Shown piece by piece: positions 1 through 7,033 of a stretch of DNA of 20,000 nt. The stretch lies in the IMG/VR virus record IMGVR_UViG_3300035698_008855. The stretch is one strand, 5' to 3'. The position numbers and the translations under genes were made by a program. Within the stretch, counting starts at the first letter, position 1; each line of letters starts with the position of its first letter. Source of the DNA: an uncultured virus (IMG/VR IMGVR_UViG_3300035698_008855) (Duplodnaviria > Heunggongvirae > Uroviricota > Caudoviricetes). Under the pieces are notes generated by a model. That model saw only the letters and a list, made by a program, of their open reading frames with translations. It ran no database searches and was not told the DNA's origin.

Positions 1-1
1 C

Positions 2-142
2 GTTGAGGGTGTGGAAGACAGCGCTGAGTATGCTCCAAAAGTAGCAGCGGCCACGAAAAAGAGCATCAAACGTCGTGCGGGTAAGTTCGGCGCTCTTGTA
101 AAGCGTGAGGTCTCTACTATTAAGCAGGGGTTGAACCTGTAA
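2..142 (+). CDS. 3' end of an upstream gene (partial), hypothetical protein
   Basis: Frame 2 is open from the window start (VEGVEDSAEYAPKVAAATKKSIKRRAGKFGALVKREVSTIKQGLNL*). Its TAA at 140-142 overlaps the next ATG (TAATG). Confidence 0.7.
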   Translation, partial: VEGVEDSAEYAPKVAAATKKSIKRRAGKFGALVKREVSTIKQGLNL

Positions 143-642
143 TGGCCGACAGAAAACCAGTGATCATCAGGAACGCTGTGCATGCCGAATTGCAGGCCGG
201 TGAGCAACTTGTTGACTCTGATGGAAATCCGTACCTTGCTTCCGCAGGGGTAAGATATCCTGTACCAATTATGTTCACGATACTCGGCGACGATGATCTG
301 AACACACATCTCCATTTTCAGGTTCAGATTGATGCAGCTGACGACTTCTCTGATCCGACTATCGACGTGGAGAGTAAGACGTCACAGACAGATTGGTACT
401 ACTCTGATGGTTCCGTATGGCAATCTCAACCTTCAGGGGGGGTACTAGCATACTACGAATATGAGCAAGACGGCTACGGACAGTGGATACTTACAGCGCA
501 GGAGTATACTGGATACGAGGCACGATACGACGTGCCTTCTGGTTTAGTCTTTGGCACGTACTACTACGTGCGATTCAGACAATGGGATGTAGAGGGTGAC
601 ACTGATGGAAGTTGGCATCTCCTCACCCCCTTCACAGCTTAG
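142..642 (+). CDS. Acidic Ig/FN3-like beta-sandwich protein, probable virion accessory protein
   Basis: 166 aa. The motifs LHFQVQIDAADDFSDP and GTYYYVRFRQWD resemble FN3-like domains of phage virion proteins. Start is coupled to the upstream stop. Confidence 0.55.
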   Translation: MADRKPVIIRNAVHAELQAGEQLVDSDGNPYLASAGVRYPVPIMFTILGDDDLNTHLHFQVQIDAADDFSDPTIDVESKTSQTDWYYSDGSVWQSQPSGGVLAYYEYEQDGYGQWILTAQEYTGYEARYDVPSGLVFGTYYYVRFRQWDVEGDTDGSWHLLTPFTA

Positions 643-650
643 GAGCAAGT

Positions 651-902
651 ATGAAGACTCACGCGATATTCATCGTACTTATGTTCGCACTGGTTGGATG
701 CCAAACAGTTGTAACGTTCCAGCCTGGTAGAATTACAGCAAACGCCTCTGGGGTGACAGCCTTAGAGGAGATCAAAGCAGATGGTTCGATCGTCCGTTCG
801 ATCGATACGAAGCAACAGACATGGTGGGATACGTTGAAGAGCCAAGTGTCACAGATACTTGATGCTCTTGCAAAAACGAATCCTGCTGTGACCGTCAACT
901 AG
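651..902 (+). CDS. Small lipoprotein (possible o-spanin or exclusion protein)
   Basis: AGGAG at 641-645 supports ATG 651 over the TTG at 612. MKTHAIFIVLMFALVG-C has a basic N-region, hydrophobic H-region and lipobox-like LVGC. 83 aa. Confidence 0.7.
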   Translation: MKTHAIFIVLMFALVGCQTVVTFQPGRITANASGVTALEEIKADGSIVRSIDTKQQTWWDTLKSQVSQILDALAKTNPAVTVN

Positions 903-905
903 TAT

Positions 906-913
906 AGGAGGAG
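906..913 (+). promoter_or_regulatory. Shine-Dalgarno site for the ORF at 921
   Basis: AGGAGGAG ending 7 nt before the ATG. Confidence 0.8.
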
Positions 914-920
914 AAGTAAG

Positions 921-1745
921 ATGAGAATTTTTGGTATCACCCTGGCGGTACTCGTGGCTCTCAGCAGCATCATTCAGGCAGAGTTCACGGAAGCGGCGTT
1001 AGACACTAAAATCGCAGAAGTTGTCACAGCCCGCAAGGTGGTAGCGATGGCAGAGAAAGCTATTCCGGTTGTGGGTGCTGATGTCATCAAAGCGAAGATT
1101 GCACTGAGAGGTTTTACTCGTGCCCTTGATATTTATTGCCTCAAGGGACGAGATGATCTTACGTCGCTGACTCTTGCAGAAGCACGGTATGAGCTTCTTG
1201 GGTCCAAGGATGTTTTGACGTTCACCCCCACTAAGCGATTGCACAGTTCTATTCCCCGCAAGCCAGGACTTGAAGTGCAACAGGCAATGTATACTAAATA
1301 TGCCTTGCCGCTCATACAGAGGGGAAAAGCTACGGATGGCATGTGCTTTACAGCGTTGCGAATTGGGGTTGCTACCCCAGCATCAGCTATTCGGGCTTTG
1401 GCTTATGCGTTTAGGCCGCGAGTTAAAGCGAAGTACTCTCGCGAAGTGTTGCGAGCGCTTACCCTGATTCCTGTTGATGAGCAGCTTGATGCTATGCAGA
1501 CGGCTATGGGTAACTTTGAGTCGTATCCTTACGCAAAGCGAGCCTTCCAATCGATCAAAGTTCACGGGTCGTATTTGGCTATGGTTGTGCGTATTGAAGG
1601 AGATAATGTTGCCAAGGTGAAGGCGAGGTTCGACCGAATCAGGAAGGTTATCATCCCAGAGATTCTTGGGGATAATAAAGCGGAAGCAACCGGTCTTCTT
1701 CGTGAGCTCTACGTTGTCTACGATGCTCTTGGGATCCCCAGGTAG
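921..1745 (+). CDS. Secreted, basic, probably helical hypothetical protein
   Basis: 274 aa with a strong RBS and a Sec-type signal peptide, MRIFGITLAVLVALSSIIQA. Confidence 0.7.
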   Translation: MRIFGITLAVLVALSSIIQAEFTEAALDTKIAEVVTARKVVAMAEKAIPVVGADVIKAKIALRGFTRALDIYCLKGRDDLTSLTLAEARYELLGSKDVLTFTPTKRLHSSIPRKPGLEVQQAMYTKYALPLIQRGKATDGMCFTALRIGVATPASAIRALAYAFRPRVKAKYSREVLRALTLIPVDEQLDAMQTAMGNFESYPYAKRAFQSIKVHGSYLAMVVRIEGDNVAKVKARFDRIRKVIIPEILGDNKAEATGLLRELYVVYDALGIPR

Positions 1746-1756
1746 AGGAAACCCGT

Positions 1757-3001
1757 ATGAAGCCTAAGTCTAAAGTTCTAACGGGGATTATGGCAGCTAC
1801 CGCGACGGTAGCTGTCATAGTCACATCCGTAGTGATGCAGACTCCCAGCACGGTGGATGCAGTACCGGAGCCCGTCAACATACCGAATATACCCGCCGCA
1901 TTTCCAAACGATTACGCTGACGGGTTTGACATCTTGTTTGCGCCGAGTTTTAACCTCGGTAGTAACGCGTTTGTGAACTCGTCTGGTGTCTCGAGTCGAA
2001 AGTCTGTAACGTTGAGCACCCGTACCAACGAATTCGGGTCTTTGTTTGATGTGAACCCCGGAGTAGCTACACCTGAAATATTTAGTGTCTCGAGTCAAAA
2101 ACAACCAGCAAACTTTGGTATAGTGCGTGTGGATCGCGCCAAACAAAAGATTCGATACGACAAACGTCAACGTTCTGATCATGCCGTGAAGGTTCGTAGC
2201 CGTCGCGGACTACATCGGCGTTCAAAGCTGCTCGTACGTTTGAGGTCCGCTCTGAGATCCAACTCAAGGTCAAAGATAGAAGCGGTGTCTGCCGAGGCTG
2301 GTATGCCCGTGACGGTTCGTGATCGAGTCACGCCGACGTATCCCTTCTTTTCAGCGGTCTTTATTCACGGGCCTCATGTTATGACAGCGATGCCCCCCTA
2401 TTCAGCCCGTCAGACGTATAACGTAGATCGTCAATGTGTCATTCTCGATGCAGGCAGAGAAACAGATGCAGCGTCAAAACGTGCCAGCCAGATTGTTGGT
2501 ATCGTCGATATCGCTGACCCGGAGTTTGAACAAAATCGATTGATGGAGGTGTTCAAGTACACCTCATTCGAGCATGTTATCGTGGGATGGGGATCGATCA
2601 ATAACATCGACAACAAAGACCTGAGTAGGTACTCGCGGTACGCGAAAGAGGTAAAGCGGATCGTGCAGTGGATAAACCTTCGTTCCCCGAAGACGATGGT
2701 TTGGGTAACGGCCTGCTACGGTACGTGGTCTTACAAGAGATGGATGAACACAGTTGGTAAAGAGGGTGACGGTATTGCCCTATGGGGTCCGAACTTCTTC
2801 CCCGCCGTACCACGTTTCAAGAAGGTTGTCGACAGGGTGAGGGCCGCAGTTGGTGGGCGTCCGGTAATCCTGAGCGGGTTCTTTGGCAAGAAGCACACTG
2901 CTAAGAGATCATGGGGCGATGAGGAAAAGTATAAGCTTGCGGAAGCGGCAGCGAAGAAGGCTGGGTTTGCTGGATTTATCCGAATAGAGTGGCAACCATG
3001 A
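1757..3001 (+). CDS. Membrane-anchored protein with an Arg-rich linker and a possible C-terminal alpha/beta (glycoside-hydrolase-like) domain
   Basis: 414 aa with GAGGA upstream. N-terminal hydrophobic stretch VLTGIMAATATVAVIVTSVVM. Alternating strand/helix pattern in the C-terminal half (HVIVGWG, MVWVTA, DGIALWG, GRPVILSGF, AGFAGF). The fold call is inference. Confidence 0.55.
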   Translation: MKPKSKVLTGIMAATATVAVIVTSVVMQTPSTVDAVPEPVNIPNIPAAFPNDYADGFDILFAPSFNLGSNAFVNSSGVSSRKSVTLSTRTNEFGSLFDVNPGVATPEIFSVSSQKQPANFGIVRVDRAKQKIRYDKRQRSDHAVKVRSRRGLHRRSKLLVRLRSALRSNSRSKIEAVSAEAGMPVTVRDRVTPTYPFFSAVFIHGPHVMTAMPPYSARQTYNVDRQCVILDAGRETDAASKRASQIVGIVDIADPEFEQNRLMEVFKYTSFEHVIVGWGSINNIDNKDLSRYSRYAKEVKRIVQWINLRSPKTMVWVTACYGTWSYKRWMNTVGKEGDGIALWGPNFFPAVPRFKKVVDRVRAAVGGRPVILSGFFGKKHTAKRSWGDEEKYKLAEAAAKKAGFAGFIRIEWQP

Positions 3002-3807
3002 AACTGATCAGGATACTCCCGTGGCTTCTCATACCGTTGGTCACTCTCGGCTGGCTTCTGTCCAGTCCTCCTGAGGGTCATATTGAGACAGCGGGACACG
3101 CTGACGGCGTCGTCTACGCGTATACGGAGACTGCGGTAGTCAACGTGCTTGGAACGGCACATAATGGCGGCGCCAGTTTGGGGGTGGCGAATGTTCGCGG
3201 TATCGTCTACTCCATCTACCGATGGAAGGACGTCAACCGCAACCAAGCCGCAGATGCCAACGACGAGCCGATTGGCATTACAACTCTTGACGGTGGGATC
3301 AATGATACTGTAGCAACCATCAACCTGGTGAAGGGGTCATTCTTCTTGTCGACCGGCTTCATCAAAATAGGTACAGAAGTTATCAAGTACACCGGGCGTA
3401 CCGCAAACCAGCTTACGGGCTGTACTCGGGGATACAACGAGACGACGGCAGCATCGCACTTGACGGCTACGACCGTTGAAGCCATTCAGGTATGGGAGCT
3501 GATCTTAACGGTGGTGTGTGACGGGGCGCCTTATGACGTGTTTGGGTGGGACGCCGGGCAGGGCGCTGATGGAGGTACTGAGGGCGATCTTCTTCAACGA
3601 GGATCACAGACAGTCGCGCAGGGCGAATATTGGCTGTGGAAAATTCGAGTGGTTGATGCCAACGGTAACACGAACACTGAAGTAGCCGCCATAGACGTAT
3701 TTGCCACCTTCGGTACAAACGCTTATGTCGGTGCAGATGGAAACGTAGACCTCGGTCTTGAAGATGACGAGGTGTGGCAGTTTCGTGTAAACAAGAGACC
3801 CAGGTAA
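2998..3807 (+). CDS. Signal-peptide or TM-bearing protein with an internal phage virion-type beta module
   Basis: ATG 2998 overlaps the upstream stop (ATGA). Hydrophobic N-terminus MKLIRILPWLLIPLVTLGWLL. The internal GFIKIGTEVIKYTGRTANQLTGCTRGYNETTAASH resembles a module recurrent in phage virion proteins. Confidence 0.65.
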   Translation: MKLIRILPWLLIPLVTLGWLLSSPPEGHIETAGHADGVVYAYTETAVVNVLGTAHNGGASLGVANVRGIVYSIYRWKDVNRNQAADANDEPIGITTLDGGINDTVATINLVKGSFFLSTGFIKIGTEVIKYTGRTANQLTGCTRGYNETTAASHLTATTVEAIQVWELILTVVCDGAPYDVFGWDAGQGADGGTEGDLLQRGSQTVAQGEYWLWKIRVVDANGNTNTEVAAIDVFATFGTNAYVGADGNVDLGLEDDEVWQFRVNKRPR

Positions 3808-3818
3808 GAGGAGTATGC

Positions 3819-4007
3819 ATGATGAAGAACATCGTAAAATACATCAAAGGCCGTAAGACGTATTGCACCGTGATCGCTATCCTGGTTGTTAGCGTCATGA
3901 AACGTTATGGGTTCGATATCCCGACTGAAGCATGGGGGGCTTTGGCTGCTCTCGGGCTCGGCTTCCTTCGCGCAGGTGTGACAAAGGCGGGTAAGACTGA
4001 AGGTTGA
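3819..4007 (+). CDS. Probable holin-like small membrane protein
   Basis: GAGGAG at 3808-3813 and ATG ATG at 3819/3822. 62 aa with a KGRKTY motif, two hydrophobic segments and a charged C-terminus (LRAGVTKAGKTEG), a pattern common in small phage holins. Confidence 0.65.
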   Translation: MMKNIVKYIKGRKTYCTVIAILVVSVMKRYGFDIPTEAWGALAALGLGFLRAGVTKAGKTEG

Positions 4008-4065
4008 CTAGGTTACGCATTTCGACGAAACTGTAGCTAGAGAGCCGCACCTATGATGTGGCTCT
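4008..4065 (+). promoter_or_regulatory. Tandem stem-loops between the holin-like gene and the structural genes
   Basis: Imperfect hairpin 4008-4040 (CTAG..TTACG..TTTC gac GAAA..TGTAG CTAG), then AGAGCCGCA-cctatga-TGTGGCTCT at 4041-4065. No U-tract. Confidence 0.5.
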
Positions 4066-4093
4066 GACCCTGTAGAGAAAGAGAGCCCTGACA

Positions 4094-4369
4094 ATGAGTA
4101 CCCTTTTTACGAGAATCACGAACGAAGCACGCATCGAGAAGCACTATGTATGGATCCCGCCCCACGGCAAGACACTTGCCGTTGGCGCCCACGTTGACGT
4201 CATGGGCATCCTTGAAAGTCAGATTAACATCGGCGAAGGTAAGAGCGCACTGTCTCCTATGGAGATTGCGTTCCGCGCAGACGTTGCTGCGGGTAACGTC
4301 ACGGTTGAGCACAATGTGGCCTACGACAACGGTAGCAGCAGCAGTTCTCTTATCCCGGCTGTCCTATAA
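4094..4369 (+). CDS. Small hypothetical protein, probably virion-associated, with a C-terminal Ser run
   Basis: 91 aa ending GSSSSSLIPAVL, directly upstream of the neck genes. Confidence 0.6.
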   Translation: MSTLFTRITNEARIEKHYVWIPPHGKTLAVGAHVDVMGILESQINIGEGKSALSPMEIAFRADVAAGNVTVEHNVAYDNGSSSSSLIPAVL

Positions 4370-4397
4370 CATCGACTGGACTTGAAGGGCGGTACAA

Positions 4398-5207
4398 ATG
4401 AGCTTTGCCCAAGACTGCATTGATTCGGGAGCCAACCTTAAGACAGTGCCTGTGCTGAATGTAGGGCAGCGCACTGCTGGGGAAGCTTCGCTTATAGTCC
4501 GTGATCGTAACGGTAGCCCTTATGATCTAACCGGCAAGTCTGTTCAGTTCGTCGCTAAAGAGCTGTACACGGACAATGTCGCGTACGTTGATAAGGCAAT
4601 GACGGTCGTTGACGCAGCCGAAGGTGAAGTCAAGCTCGTATATGGAGCATCTGATGTTCAATATGCGGGCGCGTGGGTAGCTCAGGCCACAGTACGAAAC
4701 GGCTCTGGCGTTAACGAGTACGTCTACCCGGTCTACCTTTACGTAGGTACATCGCTTGACTCCCTGACCTCGGAACACGTGGGTGTGCCAAATATCTACG
4801 AGATCCGACTGGCGCTGCGGGACACCGAAGACGTTGACAACTATTTGCTCGACGACGTGGAGTTCCGTGACGAGGAGATCATTACGGCTATCCGTTGGCC
4901 GATTGATCAGTGGAACGAGACATCTCCACCAGTGACGCGTTACACCCCTGCGAGCTTCCCGTGGCGGTATTACTGGATCAGAGCGATCGTTGCACACCTC
5001 TTGGAGATCAAGGCGTATAGCTACCGCCGCAACCGCATGGCGTATCAGATCCAGGGCGGTCACGTAGACGACAAGAACAAAGCCGATGCGTATGAGAAGC
5101 GCGCGTCAGAGCTCATGGCCGACTGGAAGGACTGGATGATCAACAAGAAACTGTCGATGAACATGTCTAGAGGTTGGGGTTCAATGAGCTCCGGCGTCTA
5201 TCGATAG
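4398..5207 (+). CDS. Neck / head-tail adaptor protein with an N-terminal BppU-like Ig domain
   Basis: N-half: VRDRNGSPYDLTGKSVQF..DAAEGEVKLVY..DVQYAG, the BppU N-terminal pattern. C-half: EIRLALRD..NYLLDDVEFRDEEI..QWNETSPP..RNRMAYQIQGGHVDD, like myovirus neck adaptors. Confidence 0.7.
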   Translation: MSFAQDCIDSGANLKTVPVLNVGQRTAGEASLIVRDRNGSPYDLTGKSVQFVAKELYTDNVAYVDKAMTVVDAAEGEVKLVYGASDVQYAGAWVAQATVRNGSGVNEYVYPVYLYVGTSLDSLTSEHVGVPNIYEIRLALRDTEDVDNYLLDDVEFRDEEIITAIRWPIDQWNETSPPVTRYTPASFPWRYYWIRAIVAHLLEIKAYSYRRNRMAYQIQGGHVDDKNKADAYEKRASELMADWKDWMINKKLSMNMSRGWGSMSSGVYR

Positions 5208-5225
5208 TGACCCGTTACAGAAACG

Positions 5226-6155
5226 GTGAGTGATGTGGACTGTGACGTCTTCAGCAGAGTCAGCGTGGATGCATGGGTTCCAGGCAACTCAGTTGTCTAC
5301 TGGAGCTTACGCTCGGACTTCAGCTACACCGGCGACATCCATTTTTACGTAGATCACGCCCGCCCGGGCGGTGATTGGGAATGCCTTAACCCTGAAACCC
5401 CCGTCATCAATAGTTGTGCTTACACCGACTCCACAAAGCGTAACTGGGGTACGCAGAAGCAGAGCTACTACCGTGTCCGTATGATTACACCTCCTGGTGA
5501 CGCGGAGACCTACCACTCGCAGCCACAGTCCATCTTCGGCAATCTTAATCGCAACGACTGGCTCATTCTTCGCGAAACCGCCAGACAGAAGTACCTCGAA
5601 TACGCGAAGGGCGATGGTCAGCTGGGTTGGCTCCTCAAACGTAGGCGTTGGGGCGTTAAGTGCCCTACATGCCTCGACTATGACACGGACGAGCGTACGA
5701 ACTACAACTGCAACCGCTGTCTCGGTACAGGCATCCTGTACGGTTACTTCCCCGCCATCGCGTTGCCTATGTCGATTACCGGCCGGGCGCCGCGCAGGAA
5801 GATCACACAAGAACAGGTGGGGGTGATGGATCCTAAACAGGTAAAGGGCGAGTGTGTCGCCTATCCCATGCTTGAGACAGAAGACGTATGGGTCGACACG
5901 GATACTGGCGAACGCTTCTTTGTTCAACGTCTTGATATTCAGTCGTCCGTTCGAGGCATGCCCATCAACTACTCTGTGGAGTTGAGGCTTGCTCCGTTCA
6001 CCCATTTGATTTACTCTGTACCCTTGGAAGGGCCGGAGGCAGCGAGTAGCTCGTCCTCGTCCGTGTCTTATAGTAGCGGGCAATCTTCAAGCAGCAGTTC
6101 TTGGGCAGTACTTCAACGCGAGTGGCGACAGGCATTAGCCTCAGATGAATGGTAA
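5226..6155 (+). CDS. Head-closure/neck protein with a Zn-finger and an N-terminal FN3-like segment
   Basis: GTG start, 309 aa. The CPTC..CNRCLGTG motif followed by EDVWVD..GERFFV is typical of large-myovirus neck proteins. Follows the adaptor gene and has a Ser-rich C-terminal tail. Confidence 0.7.
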   Translation: MSDVDCDVFSRVSVDAWVPGNSVVYWSLRSDFSYTGDIHFYVDHARPGGDWECLNPETPVINSCAYTDSTKRNWGTQKQSYYRVRMITPPGDAETYHSQPQSIFGNLNRNDWLILRETARQKYLEYAKGDGQLGWLLKRRRWGVKCPTCLDYDTDERTNYNCNRCLGTGILYGYFPAIALPMSITGRAPRRKITQEQVGVMDPKQVKGECVAYPMLETEDVWVDTDTGERFFVQRLDIQSSVRGMPINYSVELRLAPFTHLIYSVPLEGPEAASSSSSSVSYSSGQSSSSSSWAVLQREWRQALASDEW

Positions 6156-6215
6156 AGGTTCTTGCCACGCGTACAGGATGGACATACAATGAGTAAGAAG
6201 ACTGGCGAGAGGGTA

Positions 6216-6374
6216 ATGAACCCGACTTACTCAATCTTTGAGTTCGAGCCTAGGGAGGAAGACGTGGAAAAGGCGCTGTATGGCCAACCACCTACGCTTG
6301 ACGCGGAAGCTAAAGCCGAGATACAGAAAAGCGTCCGCATGGAATTGGAACGGGAAAGTGGAATAGCTCGATGA
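6216..6374 (+). CDS. Small hypothetical protein
   Basis: GAGAGGG precedes ATG 6216 (ATG 6189 is an alternative start). Its stop overlaps the next ATG (ATGA at 6371-6374), and it fills the gap between two structural genes. Confidence 0.55.
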   Translation: MNPTYSIFEFEPREEDVEKALYGQPPTLDAEAKAEIQKSVRMELERESGIAR

Positions 6375-7006
6375 GCGACCCAACGTATACGTTTGAACAG
6401 ATCAGTTCATTTTGCCAGCAAGGCGTGAAACCACGCTACATCACTGGTGCTATACGTTGGATGCTAATCGCGCATTTTTCAAATGCGGATCATATCGAGC
6501 AAGAACACATGAAGGGCTATATCTGGGATGCAGACGAAACCCAGTCGAAGCTCCTCATCGAATCGACTCACCGATGGAACGTTGTGGCGACGCAACAAAG
6601 ACCCGCGCTTTTGATTAAGCGCAACGAGGTCCGGCCACGCAAGTTGGGACTAGATCACGGCATGACAGCTGGGATCAACAAGACTGGAACAGAGCAGTTC
6701 CAGGGCGATACGAAGACATGTGCCATAGTTGGAAGCCACACGATCTTTTGCATCGGCCAAACAGGAGCTGAGGCGGAAGCTCTCGGGCAGGAAGTCCTGC
6801 AAGAGCTGCTCGAATTCGGTCCCGTCATTCACCGTGACATTTGCCTGGCGAAGTGGGAAGTGGCCGGAATGGGTGGAATTGGCAAACTCGAGGAATCACG
6901 CGAGCACTTTGTGGTGCCTGTGACGGTTGCTTGGGCTTACTTTAACACCTGGATGCTCCGTCCCGTTGGCCCCTACCTACATAAAATCGTCGTCAACACG
7001 GATTAA
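6371..7006 (+). CDS. Probable tail terminator / tail completion protein
   Basis: 211 aa immediately before the sheath gene. The QRPALLIKR and GSHTIFCIGQTGAEAEALGQEV strand-helix pattern fits terminator-family folds. Confidence 0.6.
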   Translation: MSDPTYTFEQISSFCQQGVKPRYITGAIRWMLIAHFSNADHIEQEHMKGYIWDADETQSKLLIESTHRWNVVATQQRPALLIKRNEVRPRKLGLDHGMTAGINKTGTEQFQGDTKTCAIVGSHTIFCIGQTGAEAEALGQEVLQELLEFGPVIHRDICLAKWEVAGMGGIGKLEESREHFVVPVTVAWAYFNTWMLRPVGPYLHKIVVNTD

Positions 7007-7019
7007 TTCTTAGGAACCT

Positions 7020-7025
7020 AGGAGG
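7020..7025 (+). promoter_or_regulatory. Shine-Dalgarno site for the tail sheath gene
   Basis: AGGAGG 8 nt before ATG 7034. Confidence 0.8.
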
Positions 7026-7033
7026 ACTGACTT

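Noticed and set aside
3819..3824. Holin/antiholin dual-start motif
   Set aside because: The two Met codons are adjacent with no charged residue between them, unlike lambda S Met-Lys-Met, so two distinct products are unsupported.
890..7030. Conserved late-promoter motif in intergenic gaps
   Set aside because: The gaps are short, and I found no convincing shared motif or well-spaced -35/-10 pair.
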